Of a DNA stretch of 64,000 nucleotides, positions 10,245 through 22,805 are shown one piece after another. Within the stretch, counting starts at the first letter, position 1. Each line of letters begins with the position of its first letter. Source of the stretch: Corallochytrium limacisporum Hawaii (taxonomy: Eukaryota > Protista > Pluriformea); contig PDIP01000036.1 in assembly GCA_002811645.1 (NCBI GenBank), positions 62,001 to 126,000 on the forward strand, read 5' to 3'. A program made the position numbers and the translations under genes. A model generated the notes under the pieces. The model saw only the letters and a list, made by a program, of their open reading frames with translations. It was not told where the DNA came from and ran no database searches.

Positions 10245-12515
10245 CTACTGAGACGTGTGACTAGCAGAGTCGTGGGAACTGTTGCGCGTGTTCATTGTCT
10301 TCAATGCTTCTGTGGGATCCAAACTGCCAGAGTTGTCATAATCAATGTTCGATTTGGGATTGGTCGTATCCAGTGGAGGTTTCCCCGTAGTTGGGTTCCT
10401 GTCACTGGAATCTTCATCTGCATCACCTTCCGGCTGTATTCCGGAGTTTCCATTGGCCTTTTGCGGTCGTTGCTTTGGGCCTTCGTAACTGGACTCATTG
10501 GGATCATCGTCTGAGTCCTCATCCTCACTGTGGGACGAAAAAAAGTGGTTGTCTAATTCCGCGGCCTCAAAGATGTGGCGATTCGGCTCCATGAACTCAT
10601 AGTTGCAGGTCAGACCGTGGATGAGTAGACGCGGTGGATCAGGTGTACTGTCGTTGTTGTCGTCGTTCTTCCGTTCATCGGCAAGAACGTTGGATGGCTC
10701 CGAAGTTTCATCGGCCTTCGACTCGTTGCCTGGGTGATGAGGTCCTGTCCGTGTGGCAGCGGTTGCTGAAGATGCGGCTGTGTTCGTGTTTGGCTGCTGC
10801 AGTGCGCACTGGGAATGCGACCCCATTGGTGGTCCAGTCGCTGGAGGTGATTCGGTCGGCGCGTCACGCACGAAGGATGTATGTGTAGGCACATTGGGTC
10901 CATGACGAGTGCCTACATCAGCTGAAGAACTAGCCGGTGAGCCGATTTCTGCCATGGTATCGAGGCTCTTCGCCGGTCCAGTTCTTGCACTTTCCAAAGA
11001 GGTATCGCCTTCGCTGGCATCCTGACGAGTTAAGTGAGCAGGGATGTGGGTGTCGGAAAGCAATTTCTGGAAGTCATCGTTCCAACCTAGCTGAGCCACC
11101 AGTTCCTTGATTATGGTATCACAGTTGCCCAGGAGCTCAATGTCAAATACTTTGTGTGGGAGCGGCTCCCGGTTGATCAGAATTTGGGGGACGTCATGGG
11201 GCACCGTGCTGGGAATGCTGGCAACTGGCTGTACCTTCAGACTGGATCCGATGACAATGATGAGATCCACTCCCTCGCGATCCTCTTCAATCGCATCATG
11301 GAAAGCCCTTGGGAGCGGTTCATGGAAGAACACGATATCTGGCTTCATAATGGGAGCGGGGGGTTCTTCGAAGCCGGTCATTAGAGCGGCCGCGTCAATG
11401 GTAGTGCTGTCTCCGATATGAGGCATGCCATCATTGGCAATATCATCACCAGTGCATACTTGGCAGTACGGAATGTTTTGCATGAAAATGTCTTCCTTGA
11501 TGTCCATGCCGTCCACTGTCATCTTGCACCGCATGCAAGTAGCAGTTCTGAAGGAACCGTGGCAATGAAGCACACGCTGCATACCTGCGACCTCCTCTAG
11601 AGTATCAATGTTCTGAGTGTAGTTCCGACGGAGCTTACCCTTCCTTTCAAGCAAGCGCAGGAAGTAATGACACGGAGATGGTCGGAATTGTCCTGGAAAG
11701 ATCTCTCTAGCAAATTTGAAGAAGGGGCGCTGATCCTTTCGGAAGAATCGGATATCAAACATGGCCTCTGGGTTGGGAAGATCGGGATACTCAACGTGGA
11801 GTCTCGCGTAGACACCATTCTTTGACCGGAAATCCGGAATGCCACAAGACACTGATACTCCCGCACCGGTAACGACAATAATCTTCCTGGAGTTTCTCAG
11901 CAGCTCAACAGCGTCTTCCAACTTAGAGTACTGTTGGAGCCTTTCACGTCTGCGATTCCGCGTCATCATCATGAAGTATTCAGCCAATATGTTCCAGAGT
12001 TGATCATCGTCCACTGACGATAGGTCTTGAACGCCAGAGATACCCATATTCAGCATGGTCATGACATCTAGAGCACTCATGCCTGCTTGCTTTTGCATCA
12101 AGAGCCAGCGGAAAGGGTTGCCTTCGAAGTTAATGCTGGGACCAGTGTCTCCGCTGTCATCATCTTGGCTTTCTTCATCGCTGGAGTCATCATCTCCGCT
12201 TCCACTATCCATTTGTCCTTCTCCTTGAGCACTCGCCCCTGCCATGTATCCCTGATCAGTTGAGTCCATGAACCGATCTGCCACCGTCTTATGTTTCTGC
12301 AATGGCGGCTCTTTAAGTTTCAAACTGTCGTCGACACTACGATCTGTGCTACTCTCCGACAAATTTCCAGCATCCCCCTGCTGTGCAATTGCATCGGCTG
12401 CAACATGCGCCGTTTCAGCGGTCCTAGCGCGCTTTGTGTGAGGCGCAGAGTCTTCATCGTCCGAACTACGCTGACTCGTCATGTTGGGCCGACTTTCGCT
12501 ACCATCAAAGGGCAT
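10245..12515 (-). CDS. SIRT1: NAD-dependent deacetylase sirtuin-1 (class Ia)
   Basis: GAGVSVSCGIPDFRS, YTQNIDTLE, HCHGSF, Zn-binding CMRC/CQVC, KPDIVFF, GSSLKV, PQILINREPL. Confidence 0.95.
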   Translation of the reverse strand: MPFDGSESRPNMTSQRSSDDEDSAPHTKRARTAETAHVAADAIAQQGDAGNLSESSTDRSVDDSLKLKEPPLQKHKTVADRFMDSTDQGYMAGASAQGEGQMDSGSGDDDSSDEESQDDDSGDTGPSINFEGNPFRWLLMQKQAGMSALDVMTMLNMGISGVQDLSSVDDDQLWNILAEYFMMMTRNRRRERLQQYSKLEDAVELLRNSRKIIVVTGAGVSVSCGIPDFRSKNGVYARLHVEYPDLPNPEAMFDIRFFRKDQRPFFKFAREIFPGQFRPSPCHYFLRLLERKGKLRRNYTQNIDTLEEVAGMQRVLHCHGSFRTATCMRCKMTVDGMDIKEDIFMQNIPYCQVCTGDDIANDGMPHIGDSTTIDAAALMTGFEEPPAPIMKPDIVFFHEPLPRAFHDAIEEDREGVDLIIVIGSSLKVQPVASIPSTVPHDVPQILINREPLPHKVFDIELLGNCDTIIKELVAQLGWNDDFQKLLSDTHIPAHLTRQDASEGDTSLESARTGPAKSLDTMAEIGSPASSSADVGTRHGPNVPTHTSFVRDAPTESPPATGPPMGSHSQCALQQPNTNTAASSATAATRTGPHHPGNESKADETSEPSNVLADERKNDDNNDSTPDPPRLLIHGLTCNYEFMEPNRHIFEAAELDNHFFSSHSEDEDSDDDPNESSYEGPKQRPQKANGNSGIQPEGDADEDSSDRNPTTGKPPLDTTNPKSNIDYDNSGSLDPTEALKTMNTRNSSHDSASHTSQ

Positions 12516-13001
12516 GATTGCGGTATGCGCTTCGGTAGCTTTTTTCCCTTCTCAGCCTGATCAAAGTCTCGTCATAATGCGTAAGACATAGTACAAAATT
12601 TATAAAGCTCGAAGGGTGTCAAATTTATTGCAAAGTGCCAATGAGTTGTGACACCCCACAACACGATTTTCAACAGTTCTCTTTCTGGTGAAAGTTTCGA
12701 ATACATACTGGCTTGATTCTCAAGAACCTTGACACGAGACTCTGATCGCGCGCCTCGCGTACACACTGTGTACAGCCCTAAGAAGTCAAAATGCCAAAGT
12801 CAAAACTGAAACGCTTCACCAGACGGCACAAATGTCGGACACGCATCAGTCTTACGTGCGCACTCGGGAGATCAGGCTCTAGAGGTCTGTAGTGGCAGGT
12901 TCGTCCATACAATAGTGTCAAGGAAATGAAGAGAAATAACGATTCTCGGAGGCTGTCCTCCCCGCTGTCAACGCTCCCGGGGGATTCAATATTCCCCCCC
13001 C

Positions 13002-13222
13002 NNNNNNNNNNNNNNNNNNNNNNNNNNNNNNNNNNNNNNNNNNNNNNNNNNNNNNNNNNNNNNNNNNNNNNNNNNNNNNNNNNNNNNNNNNNNNNNNNNN
13101 NNNNNNNNNNNNNNNNNNNNNNNNNNNNNNNNNNNNNNNNNNNNNNNNNNNNNNNNNNNNNNNNNNNNNNNNNNNNNNNNNNNNNNNNNNNNNNNNNNNN
13201 NNNNNNNNNNNNNNNNNNNNNN
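13002..13222. other. Assembly gap (N run)
   Basis: 221 N following a poly-C tract. Confidence 0.99.
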
Positions 13223-14099
13223 CACCACCACCTTCCCCTGCCTCAGCACAGGGGGGGAGGGGGGGATCAGGGAAAACCGGGATCCCTGCTGGTGAGACCC
13301 CCACCCTGCGTGGTGTGCCCGGATTGTCGCTGCTGTGAGGGTGGCGCCGGTCGGAGTTCGGAAGTTGGGGTACGAACCGAAAGAGCGCTAACCAACCAAC
13401 CCCCTCCGTCAAAACCTCCCCACCCCCATTCTCAGCGGGGTTGGCGGCTGGGCGGGGGCACCAACGTTATTCGTGTATTCCCCCCACCATAGTAAAAGTA
13501 TGCTAGGAATGAAGACCATCGCGATCACGACCGCCCTGCCCGTCCTTAAGGAAACACACACTTTATGTCAAATCTGAAAAAAACACACACAAATTCTTGG
13601 AGAGGGAAATTTGAAAAATGTTCGCTCTACAATATTTCTTCATTTTTTCCCTCTCATTGTAGGTCCAGGAAGGCATTGAATGTATTGAGCAGCGTTTGTC
13701 CAAAAATTCTATACTGAATGTACGCCTGGACACACATGTATGGTACTCTGAGTACCGCCCGGGGGAACCCAACCTGGGCTGTGCGCAGCACAGTAGTGCT
13801 TTCAGTACGGGATGGGGGATACGTATTCCGCTGACACAGTTAAATTGTACTGAGGCTAGCTGAACATGCATGCCGCCCAACTGTGGGTTAACGGCCCATA
13901 CGTATCTACAACTGCCCGTCAAGCACACTTTGGTGGAGCTGTGCTGTGATGTGAACAAGAATATCTACGTTATAAGTTACACTTACATATTACTTTCAGC
14001 TATTTCAGAGTTTCATCTATATCAACCACCTAATTGGTTTGTCAACAAGTAGTATCTTCATCGGTTAGTTTTTGGAGAACGGGATAAAATATAATCACA

Positions 14100-14408
14100 A
14101 TGGCTAACACTACCGGACTCGTCTTCGGCCTGAACAAGGGCAAGCAGGTCACCAAGCGCGAGCGCGTCGCCCGCCACGCTGAGCGCAAGGGCAAGATGAC
14201 CAAGGAGCGTCGCTTTGTTAAGGATCTCATCCGTGAGGTTGCTGGCTTCGCCCCCTATGAGCGCCGCATGATGGAATTGCTCCGTGTCGGCAAGGACAAG
14301 CGTGCCTTGAAGCTGGCCAAGAAGCGCCTGGGAACCCACACCCGCGGCAAGAACAAACGTGAGGAGCTGACCAACATTTTGGCTGCTCAGCGCAAGGCTG
14401 GTCACTAA
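14100..14408 (+). CDS. RPL36: 60S ribosomal protein L36 (eL36)
   Basis: [47 protein letters not shown]; strong C-ending codon bias. Confidence 0.98.
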   Translation: MANTTGLVFGLNKGKQVTKRERVARHAERKGKMTKERRFVKDLIREVAGFAPYERRMMELLRVGKDKRALKLAKKRLGTHTRGKNKREELTNILAAQRKAGH

Positions 14409-14757
14409 ATTATGGGAAGTTTGCAAAATAGTTCTACAGATTTCACCATGACTTACATATTCCGCAAGATGTTCGGAGCCATTGCATGTGGTGCACGACT
14501 TCTTTGGGAAAATAGTCTGTTGCTTGACAACAAATTTGGCATAGCTTGTACGATCACGTTCATTATTATCAAAATCTCGGGCAGGCCAATGTCTGCCCGT
14601 TTTGGTGGGCCATCATCCCACAGTTTTAACACAACCGGCATAGTCGATATAAAACATCATACCACATTTCTTGCATGAAAAGCACGCAATTCTTGTTATC
14701 TTAGTTGCTATGTGTACATTCATGTCTTTAGTTGTTACTCTACATAGTACAATGTGC

Positions 14758-16083
14758 TCAGGAGCGCCTAAGACTGGTATCTTCCGTGCCGCCCTCTTGA
14801 CCGGCATTGGACATGATCTCATCACTGTTCACAGTCGTGGTACTTGGCTCCAGAATCATCTTCTTACGGATGAATACTTCAGAAGTGGCAATGCTGTGGG
14901 TGATCATTTCCAGCCGCTTGTTTAACTTGATGACGTTCTCAATTCTACCTGTCAATTCTTGCATAATCATAGCACTGTCATCCGGGCCCATGTCGTCCTT
15001 GAAGAAGACGACACCCTTGACTTGGTCGATTCGTGCATTGATCTCTCCTTGCTCAATCATCTGTACAATGTGCCTCTCAGCGTCAGCTCCGGTTGGCAAA
15101 GCAGCCTTGCGGGCAACTTCGTCTAGTGAAAGAGTGATGAAGGTCTTTGTCAACCTCTGGATTAAGCGGCGATGTAGCATTTGCGTACATCGCTTGACAA
15201 TCCCGTAATTGTTATCGTCCTTGAACTCCTGGGCTTCTGTCAGTGTTTGTACAGTGCTCACATCATATGCCAGGAAGGCTTTTGCATATTTTCGGTATGG
15301 GCCCACCAGTTGCTCCTGATTTATGAACCTCAAGACAATGCTGGATACGTGCTCCGGCAGAGATGGTCCCCTGCCGTGAACGAGTAAATTGAGGATGATT
15401 TTCTTCTTGTACGCTTCGATCATCACCTGTGACAGCTCATTGGCAGGCATGCTAAGGGCCATGTCAAAGAAATTGATGGCATCTTGCCACCGCTGCAGGA
15501 CTGTGTACACGATACCCCCATAGTAAAAATACAGCAAGATATCCAGTGCTGTGATGCCCGTGTCCACGTCGAAATCTAGCATATCCTGATTAATGTACTC
15601 CACCGCCACAACGTAAAACTTGCCCAGAATGCATATCTTAACCAGATCTGCATGCAAGGGAACAATGACCGAGTGTCTGGTTCTTAACTTATTCACTGCT
15701 ACTACGATCATTGAAATTATCTGCGTGTAGTCCTTCAAGCCCTCTTGCACTAGTTGAAGATCGACTGCACGTCGGACGACGTCCACGAAGATAGGAACAT
15801 CCTGCAAAACTTGTTGAGGATCACAGGCAGCAACAAAATCCCGCACCTGCTGTACAAAATTGTCCGGTTCCGGTATCTCCGGCATCTCTGCTTTCACCTT
15901 TAGCAAGAACATAAACCCAAGTGAGTTGTCTCCCTGGTCAATAGACGAGAGAGCGTTGTCCACCTGTGTGGCATTTTTGGCCAGCGTTGCTCTCGTATCT
16001 TCCAATTTAAGATATCTGTGCAGGATCTCGACCTGGGCCGGGGACGACCCAGTCTGAGTGATCTTTTCAATAACGGCTTCCAT
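14758..16083 (-). CDS. COPS3: COP9 signalosome subunit 3
   Basis: ILLYFYYGGIVY, MPANELSQVMIEAYKK, DDNNYGIVK, IQRLTKTFITLSL, MIEQGEINARIDQ (PCI domain). Start moved to the first ATG (MEAVIEK, 16083); the ORF track begins at an upstream GTG. Confidence 0.93.
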   Translation of the reverse strand: MEAVIEKITQTGSSPAQVEILHRYLKLEDTRATLAKNATQVDNALSSIDQGDNSLGFMFLLKVKAEMPEIPEPDNFVQQVRDFVAACDPQQVLQDVPIFVDVVRRAVDLQLVQEGLKDYTQIISMIVVAVNKLRTRHSVIVPLHADLVKICILGKFYVVAVEYINQDMLDFDVDTGITALDILLYFYYGGIVYTVLQRWQDAINFFDMALSMPANELSQVMIEAYKKKIILNLLVHGRGPSLPEHVSSIVLRFINQEQLVGPYRKYAKAFLAYDVSTVQTLTEAQEFKDDNNYGIVKRCTQMLHRRLIQRLTKTFITLSLDEVARKAALPTGADAERHIVQMIEQGEINARIDQVKGVVFFKDDMGPDDSAMIMQELTGRIENVIKLNKRLEMITHSIATSEVFIRKKMILEPSTTTVNSDEIMSNAGQEGGTEDTSLRRS

Positions 16084-16813
16084 TGTGGACTCTGCCCGTT
16101 CCACATCAACTTAGAAATCTACAGTCCTGCCATACCAATCTGTCCCAAGCTTCACCATTTCTTCTGTAAGAGGATTAGTAGACGATGGCTACAATTGTCA
16201 AAATCGGGCAGTGGAAGCCATGTCATACCCGTACGGCAACGTTACAATCATATAAGCCCCGTCTTTGATGGCATCACAACACTGTTTGGCCTTTGGGACG
16301 TCCCCCGGCCCCCCTTCTCTTCCCTTCTTGTCCTCGTTTCGCTGCCGAATTCACCAGCGATAGCCAATGTACCAACCGTTTTGAGCCCCCGGAGGGTGTC
16401 GGTCCGAACGGGATTTCAACGGTACGCAATGAGGTCTTCAGTTTCAGTATGTCAACAGCAGCAAGTGGAGGTCGAGTGGAGGGTGCCCTACTACTGTATA
16501 CACAGGCCTCCCACAACCCCAGCAGCTCCAGCTGCTCCCCCGCTGCTGGGGGAACGCAGATCGCTGGTGGTTTTTGGTGGCGCGAAACGCTTGGCTCGCG
16601 GAAGGAACCCTTCGCAAAGACAATTTTGGGCTTGGCAGAGTTGCCGGCTGGTGTCAACGAGTTCCGGATACGGGCCCGTCGCTTAGCAAATATTTGGGTT
16701 ACTTAAAAGAGTACGGCGGTTGCTACATCTCTATCGAGTTCATTGGCCTATACTGGACAGTAACTAATTAGTAGAACACAAGGTGGTAGCATCCACGGGC
16801 CGCGAAACCGACA

Positions 16814-17479
16814 ATGCCAGCTGCTGTGGACAAGACGAAGGCCAACAAGGCTGCCTTGGCCAAGGCCGCCAAGAAGGAAAGGCAGGCAGCGATGGGCCGT
16901 ATCAAGGCTGCGAACAAGCTCGATGATATGCAGTCAATTTACGACCGCCTGTGTCCTGAACTCTTTCCTTACACGGTGAAATGCCAAATGGCTTCCGATC
17001 TGGAAGACGCCGCGTCATCTGTAGCTTCAATAGAATGGTGCCTTGACTTGATTGAGGCAAACATGGTTGATGCGTATCGCCGTAGTTCCCTTGGATGGCA
17101 CCGTGATGAAAAGCGCTTAGAGCTGGACGACCACAGAGCCCGCTACCTGGTCATGTATGACTCGGAGGGTGCTCCCATGGCCTTCATGCACTACCGCTTT
17201 GAACTTGAGGATGGCGTCGACGTCATATATCTCTATGAAATCCAGGTACAGAATGGACATCGCAACAAGGGAATCGGTCGCCACATGGTCACGTACTTGC
17301 AGGATTTGGGTACAGAGTTGGGTTTGGGGAAAGTGCTGCTGACCTGTTTCAAGCACAACCCAGACGCCATGCGATTCTACAAGGAACGTTTCGACTTTGC
17401 GGAAGATGACTCTTCGCCCAATGTATGCGATCCGTACAATCCAGTAGACTACGAGATCCTCTGCCTGAAGTTGCGGTGA
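16814..17479 (+). CDS. NAA40: N-alpha-acetyltransferase 40 (NatD, histone H4/H2A)
   Basis: NMVDAYRRSSLGW...KRLEL, ARYLV, AFMHYRFELE, VIYLYEIQV, KGIG, VLLTCFKHN, DSSP, YEIL. Confidence 0.92.
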   Translation: MPAAVDKTKANKAALAKAAKKERQAAMGRIKAANKLDDMQSIYDRLCPELFPYTVKCQMASDLEDAASSVASIEWCLDLIEANMVDAYRRSSLGWHRDEKRLELDDHRARYLVMYDSEGAPMAFMHYRFELEDGVDVIYLYEIQVQNGHRNKGIGRHMVTYLQDLGTELGLGKVLLTCFKHNPDAMRFYKERFDFAEDDSSPNVCDPYNPVDYEILCLKLR

Positions 17480-17551
17480 TAGTTGCAAATGTAAAAGTAA
17501 TTAAGAACTAGTGTGTGATGAATACAAATGAGATGTCTGTATGAAAGTAAT

Positions 17552-18847
17552 CTAGAAGACACGGATAGTGGCGTCACGACTGCTGCCGACACCGATCCAC
17601 TTCACAGGTACGCCAGTGAGTTCCTCAATCTTCTTGACGTATGCCTTGGCGTTCGGAGGGAGAGAGTCCCAGGTACGGCATTCCTGAGTGCTTGTCTTCC
17701 ATCCCGGAAGAGTAATATACTCTACATCAACTTTGGCTAGGAGATCCAGGTCAGCGGGGAAGCTTTCCAGATTCCTACCGTCTAGTTTGTATGCAACCCC
17801 AATCTTAATATCCTCGAAACTATCCAGGACGTCCAGTTTGGTCAACATGATGGCTGTATATCCGTTGACCATGGAAGTGTAGTTCACCACCACAAGATCG
17901 AGCCATCCGCAGCGACGGCGCCGACCAGTAGTCACACCGTATTCGTGCCCAATCTCCTGGAGACTGTCTCCGGCCTGATTCAGTTGCTCAGTGGGGAACG
18001 GTCCGCCACCAACGCGAGTGGTGTAAGCTTTGACCACACCAAAGATCTCATTAATCTTGGTGGGGGGAATACCCAGGCCGGTACAAGCGCCGCCAACTGC
18101 AGCACTTGAGGAAGTGACGAAGGGGTATGTTCCAAAATCGAGGTCCAGCATGGCCGCGTTGGCTCCCTCAATCAGCACAAACTTGTTACCCTCTTTGATT
18201 GCTTTGTTGCACAACAATGCAGTTTCACGGACCATAGGACGAATCCGTTCCGCGTAGTCCTTGTATCGAGCCAGCTCACTGTCAACGTCCACCTTCAGGT
18301 CCGGGTAGCGCTTCTGGTAGTTGGCCACCACTTTGGTAAACTTCTCAGCGAAGGCCGCCTGGTCACCAAGGATGTCGCAGACACGAAAACCCCAGCGGCC
18401 TGCCTTAGCTGAGTAAGTCGGACCGATACCCTTCTTGGTGGTGCCAATGTGACCTGAACCTTTCTCGGCCTCTTCCAGGCCATCAATTCTCTGATGCATG
18501 TCGAACACAAGGTGGGCCCGATCGGAGATTATCAAGCGGTTTTCCCAGCCCTTGAGACCCTTCGCTTCGTTGGCCTCCAGCTCAGCAAAAAGCGAAGGAA
18601 GGTGGATCACTACACCATTGCCAATGACAGATGCGGCAGCTTCATGAATAATACCCGAAGGCAGCAGGTGGAAGTCGTATTTCACGTCTCCGATGTGGAT
18701 GGTATGTCCCGCATTGTTTCCACCGGCACAGCGGGCAACGATGTCAGCATCACAAGCCAGAATGTCGACCAGCTTGCCCTTGCCTTCGTCGCCCCATTGT
18801 GCACCGAGCACAATGCCGACCTTGCCCTTCAACTCCGGGAAACTCAT
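17552..18847 (-). CDS. ADSS: Adenylosuccinate synthetase
   Basis: [54 protein letters not shown]. Confidence 0.98.
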   Translation of the reverse strand: MSFPELKGKVGIVLGAQWGDEGKGKLVDILACDADIVARCAGGNNAGHTIHIGDVKYDFHLLPSGIIHEAAASVIGNGVVIHLPSLFAELEANEAKGLKGWENRLIISDRAHLVFDMHQRIDGLEEAEKGSGHIGTTKKGIGPTYSAKAGRWGFRVCDILGDQAAFAEKFTKVVANYQKRYPDLKVDVDSELARYKDYAERIRPMVRETALLCNKAIKEGNKFVLIEGANAAMLDLDFGTYPFVTSSSAAVGGACTGLGIPPTKINEIFGVVKAYTTRVGGGPFPTEQLNQAGDSLQEIGHEYGVTTGRRRRCGWLDLVVVNYTSMVNGYTAIMLTKLDVLDSFEDIKIGVAYKLDGRNLESFPADLDLLAKVDVEYITLPGWKTSTQECRTWDSLPPNAKAYVKKIEELTGVPVKWIGVGSSRDATIRVF

Positions 18848-21800
18848 GGTTTTGAATTCCCAGAGGTTGTTGCAGTTTCGTTGTTGTCTTGCTTTGTGAG
18901 CTTAACAAGCTAAAATACTGGCCCCGCTGTCATGTTGTGAGGTTCTTTCGGATGAAAAAGTACCTGATGCATTTTACTGCCACACCACGGCCCACCCCGA
19001 AGTGGCCCATTAACTGCGGTTGGTACGGGCAGACACTCACGGTCCGCTGCTCCTGCGATCAATGCACGGTTGCCACCTGCTCCCTGCCACCTCTTCAGTA
19101 TGCCACGGACGACAAATGCGTGGGTCTCTATCGCATGTATAGACGGCCCGTTCTCGTATATTGGAAAGATCGTGACAGTGAGGATCTCACCTCGTGTCCT
19201 CCCGCTTCACTTCTCCCAGGGGGGGCAGAGAAAGTGGCTTCCCTCCCGTGGTGGTGGGTGGTCCTGCTTGGGGAAGGGCGGGCCTTCTTAGGCCTTATCA
19301 CCGTTTCATGCTTTCTGCGTTTACCGTAGACCTCTGGACGAATGCTGAGCCAAAGAAGAATATGGGTGATGGCGCATCAAAAAACCTCGTTGTCCTCTTG
19401 GGGGGGCCAACCTCGTATCTTTTGCCTCTTGCTCTCTTGTTTACTTTGGTCAGCAAGCGCGGTAGAGCGGTTCCGGTGCCAAGGGAAGGGAAGGGGGACT
19501 TTGTGGGAGGGGAGGGGCTACACTCCCCAAGGGGAACCGCCCTCCCCAACTGGAGAGACGTGCCACACTATTTGGCCATTATACATATTGTGCTAAGTCA
19601 GTGTGTGACCTTTGCACGCTCACACCAGCGCTGCTTCTACCCCACAACTATATACAAGGCTAAGATACACACTGGCCATACCCCAGCGGAACAGTAACTG
19701 CGGTTGAAAACTTCAGGGTCAGAGTAAATATCCGGACTATTTTTATATTCAAGATTATTTGATATACTTTTTTTGAATGTTTGAGATGCCTTTGCATCTC
19801 AACCGACACCAATGTCGAACGCCGATCTCAGCAGACGAACCACATCGGATCTGTCAGCTACGGAGTATGTGACTCACTGTCGGATGTTCATGACCGCCCT
19901 CAGCATGCGCGTGTACAAATGACCTGGAAATTCGGGGATCCTCGCAAGGTCTAAGTTGTGTGGTTAGTCGCGAACCACTTCTCTCGAAATCGGGGAAGTA
20001 GGTAGAGAGGTGGTGGCGACCGACGGGCTTCATGTGTGCAGAACAAAGAGACTCCTCATGAAATCTCCTCCTCCCCATATTGTAAGAGATCGAATGGTTC
20101 GCGCACCATCCGCTGTCCAAAAGTATATGGGACGAGCATGGCTAAAGATGAGTATGAGCCGTACCTTGGATAGGTCTAGTGCTGAGTCAGAGCAGATACG
20201 AGGATACGGCCCAGACTCGTACACATTGCTGTCATAGCGTACCCCTCTGTTCTGTTTACCTGTCTTCCCTCTCTCCAAGCCCCTTCATACCCGGCGTCCT
20301 GGAATTACTTCGAACTGAATCCCCGCTTGATACTGGCCCTTCTTTCTAGGCCTAGGCCTGGCCTGGTCATCAACGAAGCAGGCCGCTGGCTTTTTTATTG
20401 GGGTTTCCGGTCAGCGGCCTTGTGCAGCTGAATCATCAAAAACTGCCCCAGTCTCACTTACAGCAAAGCATGTTAATGGTGTAGATAGCGGGATTCGCTT
20501 TTGTCATAATCGCATGCATTGCACAAGAAGATTAGCAGGGCTTCTTCGCGCACACATACTGGATAGGAGACCATATTCTTACTCCCTGCAGACCATTAGT
20601 GTACATGGAGTACTTGACGATTGTGACCTGAGAAAAGAGTGTGAAGTTCGACGGGAGTTACACAACGAGCCGCACATTTCATGGTATTGGTCCCCACAGG
20701 GGGTGAGGGACGGGCAGGGGGCCTTATCTCACACACACGCGGGCACCGGCACACTGGTTGATGTTCCGGACAAACATCGCGATCGCGTTAGGACTCTGTT
20801 AAATGTCTCGTGCCTGTTTGTTGTGTTCGACCTCCACGAACACGTCGAACTCATCAACATGAATAGAATATGTGGTTCCATCGACCACATTGCAACAGTA
20901 ATAGTAAACGTAAAGGCGAAAAGCGTTAATGAATGTATTTTGATTGTGCTTTCTACGATGTATGAGACGCAAATGGTAACAGAATTTTCACACTCTCCGA
21001 TGGTAAGTGGATGGGCTACTTGGTAGCCAGCGAGGTAAGAGACCAAGTTTTTCGTGGTGCCCTTCCAGAAATACCAGAGACCGAAACAAAGGCTCCACAT
21101 GCACATATTTTTAGTATGAGTTCACTGCTGGCATAGTGATATCACAGAGCGTCAAACCAACGAGGGGGAGTACAATAGCCTGAGAAGGGAATGTTCTTGG
21201 ACAACCGGAATATGGCCCCCGATCAAAGCACGTCCTCATCATAATACGCCCACGATTTTATATGGGGAGGTGGGCCTAGTGCTCTGAACGGTGGTGTGAT
21301 GCTGACATGTTGGGACATTGGAGGCTGCAAAGCACCGTGTTTACTACTCGGTGTTTTGGTTCACCATAAGGGTGAGCCAACTAGACGCCAATGCGGGTGG
21401 TACGTCAGTTCTGGACTATACGAACGCAGTACCGAGCAAAGTCATAGTCGTGGCCTCTCGCGAAAATTTGGACTAGTCAGGGAAGATACTGGTAGGCGAA
21501 ATGAATTTCTTTTACTGTGATCGTAGCTGTGAGGAGCAAGTACGGCCGCGCCGATGGGCCAAGCCGTGGCTTGCAAAATTTGGTCTATTTGCTGCTGTGT
21601 ACCGTGTTTTATTCCCTACAAATCAATATTGAAAGGATATGTAAACTTTTGACGTCGCTGTGCGCGTCCATATGCACGCAAGCCGACCCAAGGCGTACGC
21701 TTCGAAATCAATCGACGTATTATTTTCTGTGCCCAGACCTCTCTACACGTTGCGATTGTGACCTCTTGAAGTTCCTCAAAAAAGAAAATCAAGAAAGGAT

Positions 21801-22766
21801 GCCTACACTCCGACCAAACCCTAGACATTAGCATCGATGTCGCTGATGGCTCCCACACACACCATCAGTGGACTATCTATCTGTCTACTATCTATACAGC
21901 TGAGAAGCCTAGCCAGCCAGCAATCGAAATATTGGCCATCACCCATCTACACCGGTAGAGTCAGCGACGATGGTCAACCCGCATCATGAAGTATGACACC
22001 CGGCATCAAGTGTTGGCCGAAACGACTCTGTACTTCTTCACATTCCACACATGGCAAGCATATGGGTGCCGTGCTGCACACGAACCCATACCGGTATTGA
22101 AAAATCACTCAAGAACATAGCCACTACCAGGTTCTTCCGAAGTAGGTCACTGTCCTAGTAAACATGGACGACTTCGAGGGGAGAAATTTAACTTGACCAC
22201 AACACACTGGATGAGTTCTTGGTGACCACAACAATGTCCGGCCTCCTTTGCGCGATACGTCACAGTTCCCACTCTGAATAGGGAACGCGAATTGACATGT
22301 CCCTCCACGGTTTACCGACCAACGTGAACCATAGGTTTCTCTCACCTTGCCCAGGCCACCGAACACGCCTTGCCCCAGAACGTGCCGATTTTTGAATTTC
22401 AACTGATTCATTCACTATGGCGGCAAGGAGCGCAGATGGCACATACGAAATAGCGTGCCTACGTTTACGTCGACTGTCGTAGCTCATTCTCACGTAACAA
22501 CAAGCTCGCCCCAGCCAAATACCGCTCGGCACACACACCCCTCTCCCCACTCGCGCGCGCCGATCTATCGGAAGCCATTAGTACACAAAGTACCCATTTA
22601 TTGAATGCATAAGTGGAAGGGGTCTTTTTCTCAAGAAGCAAAGTACCCTATGCGTGAAAAAAAAAGTTAGAAATGAAAATCGCACTCGGTCATTCTGCAA
22701 GAGTAACTGGTACATCTTTGGTTTCGTTTGAAAGTGGACTTTAATCGGTTGGATCGGGCCCTGTGG

Positions 22767-22767
<1 letters not shown>

Positions 22768-22801
<34 letters not shown>
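22768..22801 (+). repeat. (CA)17 microsatellite
   Basis: Perfect dinucleotide run. Confidence 0.95.

Positions 22802-22805
<4 letters not shown>

Noticed and set aside
14058-14426. 122-aa ORF antisense to RPL36
   Set aside because: Same codon-bias shadow effect.
19781-19802. Perfect 9-bp hairpin TTGAGATGC-CTTT-GCATCTCAA
   Set aside because: About one such stem is expected by chance in 64 kb, and it does not match the histone stem-loop consensus.
20523-20545. AGAAGATTAGCA resembling U6 snRNA
   Set aside because: No ACAGAGA box, no following stem-loop with AAGGATGACAC, and no 5' stem; a chance match.
20514-21106. Overlapping 170-aa (+) and 125-aa (-) ORFs
   Set aside because: No recognisable motifs or codon bias; length is within chance range.
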